A stretch of DNA of 64,000 nt from Nostoc sp. DedSLP01 (GCA_034530875.2 JAVRCJ020000016.1:131984-195983); one strand, 5' to 3'. Counted from the first letter of the stretch, positions 38,903 to 51,029 are shown. The notes: generated by a model from the letters alone, not told the origin. Translations and numbers: made by a program.

Positions 38903-39693
38903 ACTATCTACACCCTCTCGCTAAATTTTTTCTCTCAGGAATGAGGAATGGGGACTGGGGAGATAGGAAGATGGGGGAGTGTGGGGAGTGTGGGGGGAAA
39001 GATTTCTTCCCCATCTTCCCACACCTCCCACACTCCCTGCTTGCCCAATGCCCCATGTGCCCAATACCCAATTCATTTAATTTCCTCTTCAGGTTTATGG
39101 CGCCGGAGTCTTCAGTTGTTGAATTCTCCCCTGAAGTTGGAGCTTATAGACATCAAACTTTATCCAAATGAATGGTTTTTATTGTTTTTGTCTTTTCAAG
39201 ATTATCTCTGTTTTTAGGCAAATTCTGATATTTTTTTATATCAAATTCATTGAAATTATTTTAATTTATCTATTTTGTTGTTAATATTTATTTCTGTCTT
39301 TTCTTCAAATAAAAAAAATTATTTGTATGTGTTGTATACAATTCAATTTTGCCCGATAATTGCTTGATAGTGGCAGCTTATTGAAAAATATTGTAATAAT
39401 TCGTAATTTTCATATTTTAATTCGTAATTATCAATTTCTAATTTTTTATAGCAAATGATGTCGCTATATTTTCAAAAAAATTTATAACTTATATCTAGAA
39501 ATCAAGCAATTTTGCATTATTAATTAGAAGTTAATAATTAATAATTATTGATAAAAAAAACAATACGCAATAGGAAGAATCATGCTTGTTGGACAAGTTG
39601 GGAAAAGGCAAAGGAAAGATTCTCCTTTTCCCTTCTTCTTCCTTTTCCCTTTAACCTTTTCCCTTTCCCCTCTTACAATAATGCTGGTTACCG

Positions 39694-40548
39694 TCAGCGA
39701 ATCAATCCTAAAGCGATCGCATGGTGGCGGATATGATCTTCAATAAAAGTGGAAATGAAAAAATAACCGTGGTCATAGCCTTCTTGGTAACGTAACTGTA
39801 GCGGCTGATTGACATCTGCACAAGCTTGCTCAAATACTTCTGGGAATAATTCGTCGGCTAAAAATTGATCCGCAGTGCCTTGGTCAATGAGAATCGAACT
39901 GTGATATCCCATTTTTTTGACTAATTCGCTAGCATCATAAGCCCGCCAACTTTCTTGGTTAGTGCCAAGATAACCGCTGAAAATCTTTTGACCCCAAGGG
40001 GAACGCATAGGTGCAGTTATAGGTGCAAAAGCTGATACTGATTTGTAGAGTTGGGGGTTTCTCAATGCACACACTAGCGCCCCATGCCCGCCCATTGAAT
40101 GACCGAAAATACTTTGTTTATCCTGTTGAGTGGGGAAGTTTGCAGTAATTACAGCAGGTAATTCTTGGACGACATAACTATACATTTGGTAATGTTGACG
40201 CCAAGGTTCCTGTGTAGCATCAATATAAAATCCCGCACCGCTGCCATAGTCCCAATCATCATCTTCACCTGGAATCCCAGTATTACGGGGACTAGTATCT
40301 GGTGCAACCAATATCAAACCGTACTCAGCAGCAAAGCGTTGCACTCCCCCGGCCTTAACCATAAAATTTTCTTCTGTGCAAGTCAGACCAGAGAGAAAAT
40401 AGAGAATTGGCACAGGTTGTTGAGTTGCTTGTGGTGGTTGATAGATAGCAAAGCGCATTTCCCCGTTACAGGTTGAGGAGGTATGACTGTAAAAGCCGAG
40501 TTTGCCACCAAAGCTTTTATGTTCTGAAATGAGGTTGAGGTTAGACAT
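39694..40548 (-). CDS. fghA: S-formylglutathione hydrolase
   Basis: LSGLTCTEENF, APDTSPR, GHSMGGHG, GYDHGYFF; likely start MSNLN. Confidence 0.96.
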   Translation of the reverse strand: MSNLNLISEHKSFGGKLGFYSHTSSTCNGEMRFAIYQPPQATQQPVPILYFLSGLTCTEENFMVKAGGVQRFAAEYGLILVAPDTSPRNTGIPGEDDDWDYGSGAGFYIDATQEPWRQHYQMYSYVVQELPAVITANFPTQQDKQSIFGHSMGGHGALVCALRNPQLYKSVSAFAPITAPMRSPWGQKIFSGYLGTNQESWRAYDASELVKKMGYHSSILIDQGTADQFLADELFPEVFEQACADVNQPLQLRYQEGYDHGYFFISTFIEDHIRHHAIALGLIR

Positions 40549-40875
40549 TGGCCATATTCTCTTTTCTGAGCAGTTGCCAGAGAAAGATTGTACCATTTTA
40601 GATTTGAAATTTTAGATTGGAAATCGCCTTTTCTCTGTAGATTTTTTGAATCTATCTTTGACGAGCGATTTTCAATTTCAGGTTATTTTATGCCATGTTT
40701 CATGGAGCGATCGCGCCGATCGCCGAAAGTAAATTGCGATCGGTTTCTGCTTTGAAAAGAAAACAATTAGACGATTATGCTGTTTCTGGCAAACCAGCAT
40801 TATTAAGGGGAGTTAGAGGCAGCCGACAGCTGCCTGTCAAACAACTTGGTATTGTGACATGGAAACTATGTTGGT

Positions 40876-42393
40876 TCAAGGTGTGCGCTCAAGCGCGCCT
40901 ATATCCACTATCGCAACACCATTGCCATCTCCATCTTGTGGACGACTAACACCGCGCAGATCGATGTTCGGTGATTTTGCGCCATTGAAGTTACTCATTC
41001 CGGCATCAATTGCAGAGCTACCGTATTTGAGTGAGAAATTACCTGTAGCTGGGTCTACAAATTTTGGGTCTTTTCCAACAATGTTACTTAACCCGGAACT
41101 CGTGTATTTTAAGGAATTGTAGACAAGGTTATTATCGTAGTTTACGGTATTTTTAGATTGATATAAAGTATTGACTACTCCATCTTTCTTGGCATACATG
41201 ATATTATTGAATACCCTAACCTGTTCAGCCGCAACCGTTGCAATTTCACCTAAGCTTTGAGTATTGGGGTTTTGTGCGTTTTCATAAGTAGTGTTGTTAA
41301 CTACATCTACATTGGCACTTCTAAATACGTGAATACCAGAAGCACCATTTTTGTAGGAAATGTTATTTACAACTAACGTTTTTCCCCAATAAGGTTGATG
41401 ATTTGAATTTGGGCCCTTATTTAGAGCATCATCAATCATAATCCCATGACCTTCGGTAATTTTGCCTGTATAATAATAGGGAATAAAGTTTTGATTATTG
41501 TGAGATATATTACCTCGAACAATCATTTTATAGCCACTGGTATTGTTGTCAGAATTCCAGTTAAACAACATGCTAATGCCACTTGTTCCCATAGGACTAT
41601 ATAAGCAATTGTTAAAGAGGATATTATTTTCAATTGTGACGTAATCAGCTTTAAAAGCACCAATTCCTGTACCACCAAACTTAGAGATTTTGTTGTTGCG
41701 AATTACTATGTGGTGGGAATGGTTTTTGAGTTTTCCTCCTGAGAAGGATGGATTGATCCCAATCCCTATACCGGTCGTTAGGGGATTGCTCACATCATTT
41801 TTGTGCTGTTGTGCATACTGCAAAGTGATATTGTCGTTGTTTCCTATTAGCTCAAAACCTTCAATAACCACGTAAGACGAGCCAGCAATATTAATCCCAA
41901 AAGAATTTTTTGATTTGATGACGGGTTTGTGTCCGGGATAAGCTTTGAAAGTAATTGGAGCAGTTGATGTGCCTTGTTTTTGCCAAACTACGAGGACTTC
42001 TTTAGGGGAATCTGTACGGGTATAAGTACCGTTCATTACATAAACTGTATCCCCTGGCCGTGATACTTTATCTGCTGCTTTCTGCAACGTCCGAAACGCG
42101 GTATTTGTTGTCAAGCCATCATTAGTATCATTTCCAGTGCCAGAGACGTAGTACGTCTTTCTAGTAGTAGCTTGTGCTAATTTACCAACGCCAATTCTAG
42201 AATGATGAATGTCTTTAACCGAGTGTAAACTATCTGTAGTACCACTTATTAAGTCTGTGTTTTTACTAGTCTTTGCTTCATGATTAGACGCAGATCGAAT
42301 ATTTGTTGAAGCTACTTTTTCTACATTACTACAACCAATTAATACGCACGTTAGTACAATAGATAAGCTGGAAGTAAGACTTTTCACTAACAT
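40876..42393 (-). CDS. Right-handed parallel beta-helix (pectate lyase-like) lipoprotein
   Basis: Lipobox VLIGC, YYVSGTGND...AFRTLQKA, PbH1-like repeats, DPKFVD...SAIDAG...DIGALE C-terminus. Confidence 0.88.
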   Translation of the reverse strand: MLVKSLTSSLSIVLTCVLIGCSNVEKVASTNIRSASNHEAKTSKNTDLISGTTDSLHSVKDIHHSRIGVGKLAQATTRKTYYVSGTGNDTNDGLTTNTAFRTLQKAADKVSRPGDTVYVMNGTYTRTDSPKEVLVVWQKQGTSTAPITFKAYPGHKPVIKSKNSFGINIAGSSYVVIEGFELIGNNDNITLQYAQQHKNDVSNPLTTGIGIGINPSFSGGKLKNHSHHIVIRNNKISKFGGTGIGAFKADYVTIENNILFNNCLYSPMGTSGISMLFNWNSDNNTSGYKMIVRGNISHNNQNFIPYYYTGKITEGHGIMIDDALNKGPNSNHQPYWGKTLVVNNISYKNGASGIHVFRSANVDVVNNTTYENAQNPNTQSLGEIATVAAEQVRVFNNIMYAKKDGVVNTLYQSKNTVNYDNNLVYNSLKYTSSGLSNIVGKDPKFVDPATGNFSLKYGSSAIDAGMSNFNGAKSPNIDLRGVSRPQDGDGNGVAIVDIGALERTP

Positions 42394-42880
42394 AGGAACA
42401 CACTTTTATTCACACTGCCATTCAAAGTTACTTTGAAGAAGGAAGCGTGCCAACTGTGATTACACTAAACAAAGTTTATGTAAAGATAGGAACAAAGAAC
42501 AATAATGTATTATTTAAAACTACTTATGTATAGTATTTATACTTTATTGCTATTGTACAACTATTTGATGTTAGTAAAAAGGTTTTCAATGTGAATTGAA
42601 TCATATTTTTGATTACTAAAGCGAATCTACATTTAAACCCTTAGTTTTTTCATTCTAAATCCTACATTCTTCCCTGTTCTCTGTTTCTTTGTGAAAAGCT
42701 CAGTTATCAACTCGGACAAGGTTTAAAGCATCAACTTAGTTATCTCAGTAGATTTATTCTCCGTATTTACTTATCTTGATATATAGAACTCATATTTTAT
42801 TTTTACGAAGCTAGGTACATATTTCTCCTTATTTCCCCTTCCCTCTCTCTACAAGTAATTCTTTAAATCAAATTGCATTA

Positions 42881-43681
42881 CTATATAACGTCTTTTTTGC
42901 CTATATGTATGGATGAAGACGACAACAACCTGAATTTGTGCTTCAGTACTAGCAAAATAAAGATGGCGTTTCCGATGAAATAACGTTGCCATAAACGTTT
43001 AGGTTCCATAATCAACCGGAAAAACCACTCTAAACCAGCTTCTTGCATGAATTTTGGCGCTCTTTTTACCATCCCAGCAACAAATTCAAAGCTGACCCCG
43101 ATGCCAATAGATACTGGAACGCCTAATTTTTGGTAATTTTCGTATATCCAGTACTCCTGTTTTGGGGCACCTAATCCAACAAATAGAATGTCCGGTGCGG
43201 CTGCTTGAATTGCTAAGTTAATTCGTTTTAACTCTTCTGGGTCGGACTCAAACCCGTAGTAAGGGCAATAAGTACCAACAATATCGAGGTTAAGATGTTT
43301 TGCTTCTAAAACCTGTTTAGCCTTTTTTGCTGCTCCAGGGCGACCACCTAGCAGAAACACTCTTAGTCCTTTATCAGCGCTAATTTTGCATAACTGCTCG
43401 AACAAGTCTGTTCCATTTACTCGACCAGGTAATGGTGTGTTAAAAAACTTAGCTGCCCACAATAGAGGAACGCCATCAGGTACTACCAAAAAAGCATTGT
43501 GATATATCAAACGAAAACGGGCATCGCGTTGGAGCGCCACAATATGCTGTGCGTTGGGTGTGACCACGTATTTAGGAGCGCCTCTGGAAATTGCATGATG
43601 TGCGATCGCTTCAACCACGCGATCGAATGAGTATTTGTCTATCTGGATATCGCAGATATTTACTCTTGTTAAAGAGGTCAT
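42881..43681 (-). CDS. WecB/TagA/CpsF-family glycosyltransferase
   Basis: VTPN, PDG, RVNGTDL, VGLGAPKQE, RAP, LEWFFRL..EPKRL. Confidence 0.95.
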   Translation of the reverse strand: MTSLTRVNICDIQIDKYSFDRVVEAIAHHAISRGAPKYVVTPNAQHIVALQRDARFRLIYHNAFLVVPDGVPLLWAAKFFNTPLPGRVNGTDLFEQLCKISADKGLRVFLLGGRPGAAKKAKQVLEAKHLNLDIVGTYCPYYGFESDPEELKRINLAIQAAAPDILFVGLGAPKQEYWIYENYQKLGVPVSIGIGVSFEFVAGMVKRAPKFMQEAGLEWFFRLIMEPKRLWQRYFIGNAIFILLVLKHKFRLLSSSSIHIGKKDVI

Positions 43682-43799
43682 AAATTTCTGTGTGTGTTGG
43701 AGTTAAGAAAGCATCAAAAAAATCCCATCTCTAAAAGAGAATAGGAACTGACGTTAACTGTTGAATGATGAGTATTAACTGTCGAAAATTAACGGCTGC

Positions 43800-43852
43800 A
43801 AAAGGCATATTTCATCCGATTTCTTCTATAAATGGGATGAAAAACGCCTTTT
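43800..43852. terminator. Putative terminator hairpin
   Basis: AAAAGGC..TTTCATCC / GGATGAAA..GCCTTTT inverted repeat downstream of the GT gene. Confidence 0.5.
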
Positions 43853-43890
43853 AATAACAATGTATAGATAATTTACTAATGCATAATTAG

Positions 43891-45045
43891 TCATAAATTG
43901 TCAATAGCAGCAGCTATGTCATGAATGAATTTATCTTGTCGAAGATGATACCAATTTTTTGCTTCTTCAAAAGCTTTGTGTGTAAATGACAAGGAGACTG
44001 CCGAAAGGAGAAAATTAGCAAACTCCTCTGGATTCTCAGCTATTTGAACTGTTGAAGGTGGGTCAGAAATTCCTCGTAAAGCTACTGGAGTCGCTACGAT
44101 AGAAGCACCCGAAGCAATAGCATCTAAAGTTTTTATCTGTATACCTCCTCCACTCAGAGTAGGAATAGCAATTACTCTTGCTTGAGCCATAAATTCTTGA
44201 GCATCAGGTACAACACCGCAATAGTTGATATTAGGATACTTACTAGTTAACCAATCGGCACCTTTGCCAGCAATATGAATCGATAGGTTTGTTGGCAAAT
44301 AAGGATAAACAGATTCAAGAAACCATTGCAGTGCTTCTAGATTTGACTTCCACGACCAACTACCTAAAAGACCTATATCGAAGTTTTTGCTTAATGGTTT
44401 GTCGAGTAATTTTTCTGAAGTTGGGGGCAGAGTAAATGCTATAGTTTTAGCTGCTCCGTTAATATTAGTGAAATACTTGGCATCATTTTCGGTAAGCGTC
44501 CAAATTTGCTTAGCTTTGATTGCTAGTTTATGTTCTTCTGCTTTAATCAAGCGAGCTTCTCGTCCATAAATCGATTTTGAGATAAAACTGTTTGCGTTGC
44601 GACAAATTTCTTCATACATTTGATGCTCGATATTGTGAGAAATAGTTATGCATTTATCTTCCTGTCGTAAAAAACGAGATAGCCAAGCTAATTGAGGATG
44701 GTCGATAACGATTAAATCGTATTCTTCAGTTAGCAAAGACTTTTTGAGTATATTTATATAAACACCCGAATAATATTTTGCGGCTGAATAAGGCATTCCT
44801 TTCAAAAGGCTTAACAAAAACCAATAAAGAGAATTGATTTTTGCTTTCCTAGTCTCAATATTTCGTTCCGCAACAATTATTGTATCTTGGGATTTTTTGT
44901 CGAGGCGATCGCCTTTACGAAGATAGCCGACAACTGTGACTTCATGTCCCTGATGTTTGAGACCGTCAAGAAAGCACTGTGTTGCAACTTCACCGCCATT
45001 ACGATTTTGGCTAAGAAGAATCGTTGTTAAAAACAGAATCTTCAT
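43891..45045 (-). CDS. Glycosyltransferase family 4-like
   Basis: HNIEH, GGGIQIKTLDAIASG. Confidence 0.88.
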   Translation of the reverse strand: MKILFLTTILLSQNRNGGEVATQCFLDGLKHQGHEVTVVGYLRKGDRLDKKSQDTIIVAERNIETRKAKINSLYWFLLSLLKGMPYSAAKYYSGVYINILKKSLLTEEYDLIVIDHPQLAWLSRFLRQEDKCITISHNIEHQMYEEICRNANSFISKSIYGREARLIKAEEHKLAIKAKQIWTLTENDAKYFTNINGAAKTIAFTLPPTSEKLLDKPLSKNFDIGLLGSWSWKSNLEALQWFLESVYPYLPTNLSIHIAGKGADWLTSKYPNINYCGVVPDAQEFMAQARVIAIPTLSGGGIQIKTLDAIASGASIVATPVALRGISDPPSTVQIAENPEEFANFLLSAVSLSFTHKAFEEAKNWYHLRQDKFIHDIAAAIDNL

Positions 45046-45066
45046 AAATAAGTTTAAAGTTAATAA

Positions 45067-46362
45067 CTAAATTGTTTGTAAGTGTTGAAAAACAGTTTGT
45101 GCAAACTTTGATGCTAAATTCTGTTGATAGAATTGCTGCATTTTTTCTGAATTGCATAAGTTTTCTGGCGATTCTGTTAAGAATCGCACTAAACCTTTAG
45201 CAATTTCACTAGGTTTTGTAGAGTCTACTACTAAACCTAAACCATAACAACGAGCTATTTCCCCCATTAATCCAAAATCTGAGCAGAGAACTGGTTTTTG
45301 TGCCGCAGCCGCACGTACTAATATGGCACTCATACCGATATGTCGTTGATAAGGAGCTAGAATAACATCAGATATCTGAAAATATGGCTGAATCTCCTCG
45401 TCGGTAATAAAGTCATGGCGACAAATAATTTGAATCGGTAGAAATTGAGATATTTGAGCAACACGAGCTTGCAATTTTTCTTGTTCGCCACTTTCTGAGG
45501 GCCCGATTAATAATAAACAAAGTTGCTGACAAAGCTCTGGCGGTAAACTTGCAACTGCTTCTAATAAATTATCGATGCCTTTGCGTTTCGTGAGTACTCC
45601 AAATAAAAGAAATATTTTTCTATTTGGGTTGATACCTAAACTATTCTTTAATGTTTCTAATCGATTTTCTGAAGCTGGATAAAGTTGTACGGGGTCGGGT
45701 AAGTATCTAGCTGTGGTCTTACCTTGCAATACATTGATATGTTCTACAGCAAAAGGATCGAGACAGAATAGAGTTTGAAGGCGTGAATTTTTCAGGAGGC
45801 GAGATAAACAGAATTTATCTCGTAATTCCCAAATCAGTTCTTGTTTAGATGGAGTGTAGTTAGTAAAAGAGTTGTAATGAAAGACGGGTCGAAAATAAAT
45901 ACCGGAGAAAGAACAAGGAAAGCGGACTCCTAAGGACAGCCTCAAAAGAATAGTATCAATATACATGAGTAAGCAGCGATCGCTATTTAGAGAGGTTGCA
46001 TATTTATGAATTAATTTCCACTCTTGAAATCCTCTTTTAATACGTCCGGTGAAGGACATATCTAGTTCCTGAGAATCAATTAAATTAGCTTCTTCTGCCA
46101 AAGTTATAGGTACGAACTTAATATTTCCTTGAGAGGAATCGGCAGCAATATCAACGATTCCGGAGTGTTTTTGCACAAACTTAGGACTAACAACAATGTC
46201 TAACTGTCCGGGAAGTTCCTGTTCGCTCCAATATTTTATTAAGTGCTGTATGTATCCTGGATGATGTCCTCTAATATCCAGATCGAATATCATAAGTTTC
46301 ATATCCCTATTACTTACGATATTCTTTGTAGAAGATTTGCTATTTATAGTTGACTCTAGCAT
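45067..46362 (-). CDS. Glycosyltransferase (GT-B, family 4-like)
   Basis: GHH, FGVLTKRKG, APY..HIGMSAIL; start uncertain. Confidence 0.88.
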   Translation of the reverse strand: MLESTINSKSSTKNIVSNRDMKLMIFDLDIRGHHPGYIQHLIKYWSEQELPGQLDIVVSPKFVQKHSGIVDIAADSSQGNIKFVPITLAEEANLIDSQELDMSFTGRIKRGFQEWKLIHKYATSLNSDRCLLMYIDTILLRLSLGVRFPCSFSGIYFRPVFHYNSFTNYTPSKQELIWELRDKFCLSRLLKNSRLQTLFCLDPFAVEHINVLQGKTTARYLPDPVQLYPASENRLETLKNSLGINPNRKIFLLFGVLTKRKGIDNLLEAVASLPPELCQQLCLLLIGPSESGEQEKLQARVAQISQFLPIQIICRHDFITDEEIQPYFQISDVILAPYQRHIGMSAILVRAAAAQKPVLCSDFGLMGEIARCYGLGLVVDSTKPSEIAKGLVRFLTESPENLCNSEKMQQFYQQNLASKFAQTVFQHLQTI

Positions 46363-46469
46363 AATTGATTTTCTAAAACTTGAGCTATTGATACAAGAAA
46401 TTGACATCACAATCAAGCCTTACTAAGCGAGTAAAGATTTATTGAAAAAAATCTTTACTCGCAAACGCA

Positions 46470-47528
46470 TTAAACTTTAACTGTGAGTCGCTGTTCTTCT
46501 GCTATTACCATCTCTTGTAAAATATCTGTCAAACTCCGAGTAATTCCCCACTCTGGAAAGTGAGATTTGAGCTTGCGTAAATCAGAAATGTAGCAGATGT
46601 GGTCGCCAATTCTATTTTGGTCTACATAAACCCAATTTACTTTCTTATTTGTGAGTTTCTCAATCAAGTCAAAAGCTTCTAAAATCGAGACGCTATTTTC
46701 ACGACCTCCGCCCAAATTATATACTTCTCCTGGTTTTGGATTGCGGCGGAATGCTTCAAATGCTTGAATCACATCATAGCTATGAATGTTATCTCTGACT
46801 TGTTTTCCTTTATAGCCAAAGACTTTATAAGTGCGATTAGTCAGTGCTACTTTCACTAAATAGGAAAGGAAACCATGTAGTTCCACCCCGGAATGAGAAG
46901 GGCCGGTAAGACAACCGCCTCTAAAAATACCTACTTTCATCCCAAAGTAGCGACCGTACTCTTGAGCAACCACATCAGCAGAGGTTTTGGATGCGCCAAA
47001 GAGGGAATGCAAGCATCGGTCAATGCGACACTCTTCTGAAATTCCATGAAAATCTTCATCTCTTGCATAGTCATATCGCTTTTCTAACTCAATCCGCGGT
47101 ACTTCATTAGGTGCATCACCATACACCTTATTGGTACTCATGTGAATGAAAACTGCGTCTGGACAAAATTGGCGAGATGCTTCTAGGAGATTAATTGTGC
47201 CTAAAGCATTAACCTCAAAATCTAATAGAGGTATTTGACATGCTTTATCATGGGATGGTTGAGCAGCACAGTGAATCAATAAGTCAAATTTCTCTGCTTC
47301 AAATAATTCAAAAATACTTTGGCGATCGCGAATATCAATACTGTAGTGTTTAAAGTTTTTCAGAGTACTTTTTAATCTATTAAGATTCCATAAAGTATCG
47401 CCTTGAGAACCAAAAAATTCGGCTCTCATATTGTTGTCTACGCCAATCACATCGTGACCTGCATGTGCATAATATTCAACTGCTTCTGAACCAATTAATC
47501 CGCTTGAACCTGTAACTAATACCTTCAC
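46470..47528 (-). CDS. NAD-dependent nucleotide-sugar epimerase (CDP-paratose 2-epimerase-like)
   Basis: [24 protein letters not shown]. Phe replaces the usual catalytic Tyr (FGASK). Confidence 0.9.
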   Translation of the reverse strand: MKVLVTGSSGLIGSEAVEYYAHAGHDVIGVDNNMRAEFFGSQGDTLWNLNRLKSTLKNFKHYSIDIRDRQSIFELFEAEKFDLLIHCAAQPSHDKACQIPLLDFEVNALGTINLLEASRQFCPDAVFIHMSTNKVYGDAPNEVPRIELEKRYDYARDEDFHGISEECRIDRCLHSLFGASKTSADVVAQEYGRYFGMKVGIFRGGCLTGPSHSGVELHGFLSYLVKVALTNRTYKVFGYKGKQVRDNIHSYDVIQAFEAFRRNPKPGEVYNLGGGRENSVSILEAFDLIEKLTNKKVNWVYVDQNRIGDHICYISDLRKLKSHFPEWGITRSLTDILQEMVIAEEQRLTVKV

Positions 47529-47655
47529 GGTTTTGTCTCCTAATTGTTGGGTTGATTAATTAAAAGAAAATTTGTATTACTAGAAAATATTGTCTCAAGT
47601 AAAATTTACTTTTAAGACAAATTTATATAAAAAGCTGAATAGCAAATATTTTGCT

Positions 47656-48912
47656 TCATGAACTTGAGTTATATTTCATTTCTTGAAAAACTGAAAGATA
47701 GCGAGATGCTTGAATTTCTTGGGTGAATTCTTGTTCTGCTTTCTGGCGAGCATAGTAAGATAGTTTATTATTTCTTTCTTCGTTTTCTAACACCCAAATT
47801 ATGCCTTTAGCTAAATCTTCTACTTTAAATGGTTGAGCTAAATAACCGTTGTTTTGATGTTCAATCATATCTGACATACCACCGATATTAAAGGCGACTG
47901 TGGGTACTCCACAAGCAATTGCTTCCATGACAGTATTAGCTAAATTCTCTTGAATAGAAGGTAGAACAAACACATTTGCTATTGAATAAACTAAAGCTAA
48001 TGATAGGTCATCGTTAAACGTACCTAAGTAATGACTTTTTAAACCAAAATCTGGGGGTTTTTCTGGCTGAGATGCTCCAAAAATAACAACTTCTAATTTA
48101 TCTTTCCAGCCAGATTTACTTAACTCTTGCAGGGCTGTTTGCAAGAGATGAAAACCTTTGCGGCGATCGCTAGTTGCTTGTAAAGATCCAAATAGAATTA
48201 GATGTTTGTCTTGGGGCAAGTTAAGTAATTGTCTCGCCAGAGATTTTTCAATCGGTCTGTACGCTTGCGTGTCTAATCCATTGGGAATCACCTCTATCCG
48301 CAAATCTTTAAATAAGGAACTGGATTTAGCACATTTGGCTAACCAAACGCTAGGCGAAACAATTGTCAGATTCAAATCTCTCCAAGCTTTAGTTTTGCGT
48401 TGCCATACCCAATGGGATAAGTCCCATTTGTGGTTGCTACCAAGTTGGGGACAAGTACCACAATCTGCGATGTAGCGATCGCATTCGCCACTGTAATGAC
48501 AGCCTCCAGTAAACGCCCACATATCATGGATAGTCCAAACTATAGGCCGTTTCAGCTTGGCAATAGTTTCTATCTGCATAAATGCACAATTAATCCAGTG
48601 GAGATTGATGATATCTGGATTAATCTGATTAACTTTAGAAACAACTCTATCTGGTAACCACTGTAGAGAAAGCGTAGTTTTAGCACGCTGACGATAAAAC
48701 TTTAATGGCAAGGCATCAAAGGTCAGTTTTGCGCGTGCTATACCTTGAGAAAGTCTTAATTCTGGTGCCAGTACTGTTTTGTCATCACTATATTTTTCTT
48801 GTGTTAATAATTTTGAAATGGCACCAATACCCTGCAATCCTTGGTGCAAACGATAAGCTGCACGCGATGCACCGCTCTTAAAATCGGAGTGATTGATCAG
48901 TAAAATATTCAT
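47656..48912 (-). CDS. Glycosyltransferase family 4 (WcaC-like)
   Basis: GASRAAYRLH, WTIHDMWAFTGGCHY, ENLANTVMEA. Confidence 0.93.
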   Translation of the reverse strand: MNILLINHSDFKSGASRAAYRLHQGLQGIGAISKLLTQEKYSDDKTVLAPELRLSQGIARAKLTFDALPLKFYRQRAKTTLSLQWLPDRVVSKVNQINPDIINLHWINCAFMQIETIAKLKRPIVWTIHDMWAFTGGCHYSGECDRYIADCGTCPQLGSNHKWDLSHWVWQRKTKAWRDLNLTIVSPSVWLAKCAKSSSLFKDLRIEVIPNGLDTQAYRPIEKSLARQLLNLPQDKHLILFGSLQATSDRRKGFHLLQTALQELSKSGWKDKLEVVIFGASQPEKPPDFGLKSHYLGTFNDDLSLALVYSIANVFVLPSIQENLANTVMEAIACGVPTVAFNIGGMSDMIEHQNNGYLAQPFKVEDLAKGIIWVLENEERNNKLSYYARQKAEQEFTQEIQASRYLSVFQEMKYNSSS

Positions 48913-48985
48913 TTACATTTTTTGGCTGATTCAGCCTCAAATTGAAACTTTTTTGGAAGGTTTAACTTTTATCTTTTTATTTATC

Positions 48986-50272
48986 TCATAATTGATTATA
49001 CATATTTGATGCATGAGCTTTAATTCTATTTTGCCAAATTATAGTTGATAACACTATTGCTACATATATCGAACATATTGTATTGAATGAAATCATCGTT
49101 AATGTTTCACTAATTTGTAATAAAAACGAAAGCATAATAAATTCAAGCATCCAAAAACTTTCTATTGTTTTAGTTAAATGTATTAAGTTAATTATTCTCT
49201 TTACTGTTGCTAAAAAATTGAATATAAATAATGAAAATCCTATAATACCTAATTGCAAAAAAGTATCTATAAAACCATTGTGGGAATGAAAACGATTAGT
49301 ATCTCCCACAGTGGATGCTCCCCAAGTGTGATGAACAATCGACAAGCCTTCATTAGAAGTCCAAAATCCAGCATATCCATAACCAAACCAAGGCCGTTTT
49401 AAAGCAGCTTCGATAGCTAAATTCCAAATATCAAAACGCCCATTAAAATCTGGAGACTTGTGTAGAACATTAACTACTAGGCTTTCTAAGTTACCAAATA
49501 TCAACACAGCCATACTTCCAGCAAATAATACTGCAACTATATAAGTTATTGTCCGAACTTTGTAGTGCCATCTTGTAAATTTGAGAATGGGCAACAAACT
49601 TAATCCAACTATAAAACCTATCCATGATGTCTTACTTTTGGAGAGGAAAAGTAAGAGAATTGACAAGCTAAATCCAACCCATCCGGGCCAATAAAATCTT
49701 TTATGATTAAAAGAACTCAACAAAAACAATATGGCTGAGTGCATCATCATTCGACCCAGATATTGCTTGTGCGTCAAAAAGCCTTGCCATGAGGGTTCAT
49801 CGTTTGCCTGAGAAATAGCGATGTATGATTGGCCTGTAGCAATTGCAAACCCTGTAAATATCAAGTTAAGAATTACTGCTATGCCAAACATTCCCAGCAT
49901 TAATTGCATCAGTTCCTTTGGGTTGTATCGAGCAGCTAAATAAATTCCCAAAAAAATAGCACGCACAACACTTTTGGACTCATCTATAGTAAATTCTGGA
50001 GCAGCAGACCAGAAATACGATAGCAATATAATGCTAATTAGTAGGAGTAGAGATATATCTCTAGTACCAACATAAATCCATCGTTTCCACCGTAAAATTA
50101 TGAGAAAGAGTAGAATACCATAGCTTGCAGTGTTGAAGCGATCGCGCAATTCAAATAGGTTAGTGTCAAAGAAGCCTATAAATAATAAGAAAATCCCAGC
50201 AAATTCTAACTTATTACATAATAAGTTAAGTATTTTATTAACTGTAAAATTTCCTATTGATGAAACGTTCAT
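48986..50272 (-). CDS. O-antigen ligase/polymerase (Wzy-like) membrane protein
   Basis: Multiple TMs, SKSKTS, GR..IW, RPWFGYG, HSHNGFID. Confidence 0.9.
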   Translation of the reverse strand: MNVSSIGNFTVNKILNLLCNKLEFAGIFLLFIGFFDTNLFELRDRFNTASYGILLFLIILRWKRWIYVGTRDISLLLLISIILLSYFWSAAPEFTIDESKSVVRAIFLGIYLAARYNPKELMQLMLGMFGIAVILNLIFTGFAIATGQSYIAISQANDEPSWQGFLTHKQYLGRMMMHSAILFLLSSFNHKRFYWPGWVGFSLSILLLFLSKSKTSWIGFIVGLSLLPILKFTRWHYKVRTITYIVAVLFAGSMAVLIFGNLESLVVNVLHKSPDFNGRFDIWNLAIEAALKRPWFGYGYAGFWTSNEGLSIVHHTWGASTVGDTNRFHSHNGFIDTFLQLGIIGFSLFIFNFLATVKRIINLIHLTKTIESFWMLEFIMLSFLLQISETLTMISFNTICSIYVAIVLSTIIWQNRIKAHASNMYNQL

Positions 50273-50333
50273 TTGATACTAAAAAATATATTTACCGATA
50301 ATTAATGTTTATTCAGACATTTAGCAAAAAGTT

Positions 50334-51029
50334 TTACCACCCGTCATAAACAATTAAAGATTTAGTTAGCCCTAAGACTTTTTCTTCATAAAATTTTGCC
50401 CCAGGAAAAAGATTGATAAACTGTTTTTTGTTCAATAATTTAATAGATTCTACTTCAATCCTGGCTTTTTGTTTATCTGGTATTCTGTTGAACCATCCGA
50501 GATTAAAGCGACTCAATAACTCTACTCTTAGATTTATTGGCAGAAATTGAAAAAAGGGAAAAATGAAATGAGGCTCAATCGGAAAGTAAAGATTGGGTGT
50601 TTGAACAAAATACCTTTTTCCTACTCGTATTACTTCATTAGCCATTTGACGTTGCTCGCTATAATCTCCTACGTGTTCGATGACAGAATTGGAGAAAACA
50701 ATGTCAAATTCTTGGTCTTTAAACTGTTTAAGATTTCTGGCATCACTAGTAAGAATTTTAATTTTATGGTTTTTTGTTCCCTGAGTTTCATAAACAGGAT
50801 CTATATTGACTATATAAATTTCTATATTTAAAGTATTGTCATCCAAAAGTGCCCAATTTTGCCAAAAATCTGCGACTCCTCCAACATCAAGAATCTTCAC
50901 TTGAGTTTGTGTTTTGGCTATCGAGTCCATGAGTGAAGAAAAAAAACTCAGCCGTTTTTCTCTAAATTTGGCTGACCATGAATTAGAGTTATGGTAGTCG
51001 TAAACTTTTTCGCTAATTTGGTTAAGCAT
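50334..51029 (-). CDS. Class I SAM-dependent methyltransferase
   Basis: ILDVGG, FDIVFSNSVIEHV, QTPN..FPIEPH. Confidence 0.9.
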   Translation of the reverse strand: MLNQISEKVYDYHNSNSWSAKFREKRLSFFSSLMDSIAKTQTQVKILDVGGVADFWQNWALLDDNTLNIEIYIVNIDPVYETQGTKNHKIKILTSDARNLKQFKDQEFDIVFSNSVIEHVGDYSEQRQMANEVIRVGKRYFVQTPNLYFPIEPHFIFPFFQFLPINLRVELLSRFNLGWFNRIPDKQKARIEVESIKLLNKKQFINLFPGAKFYEEKVLGLTKSLIVYDGW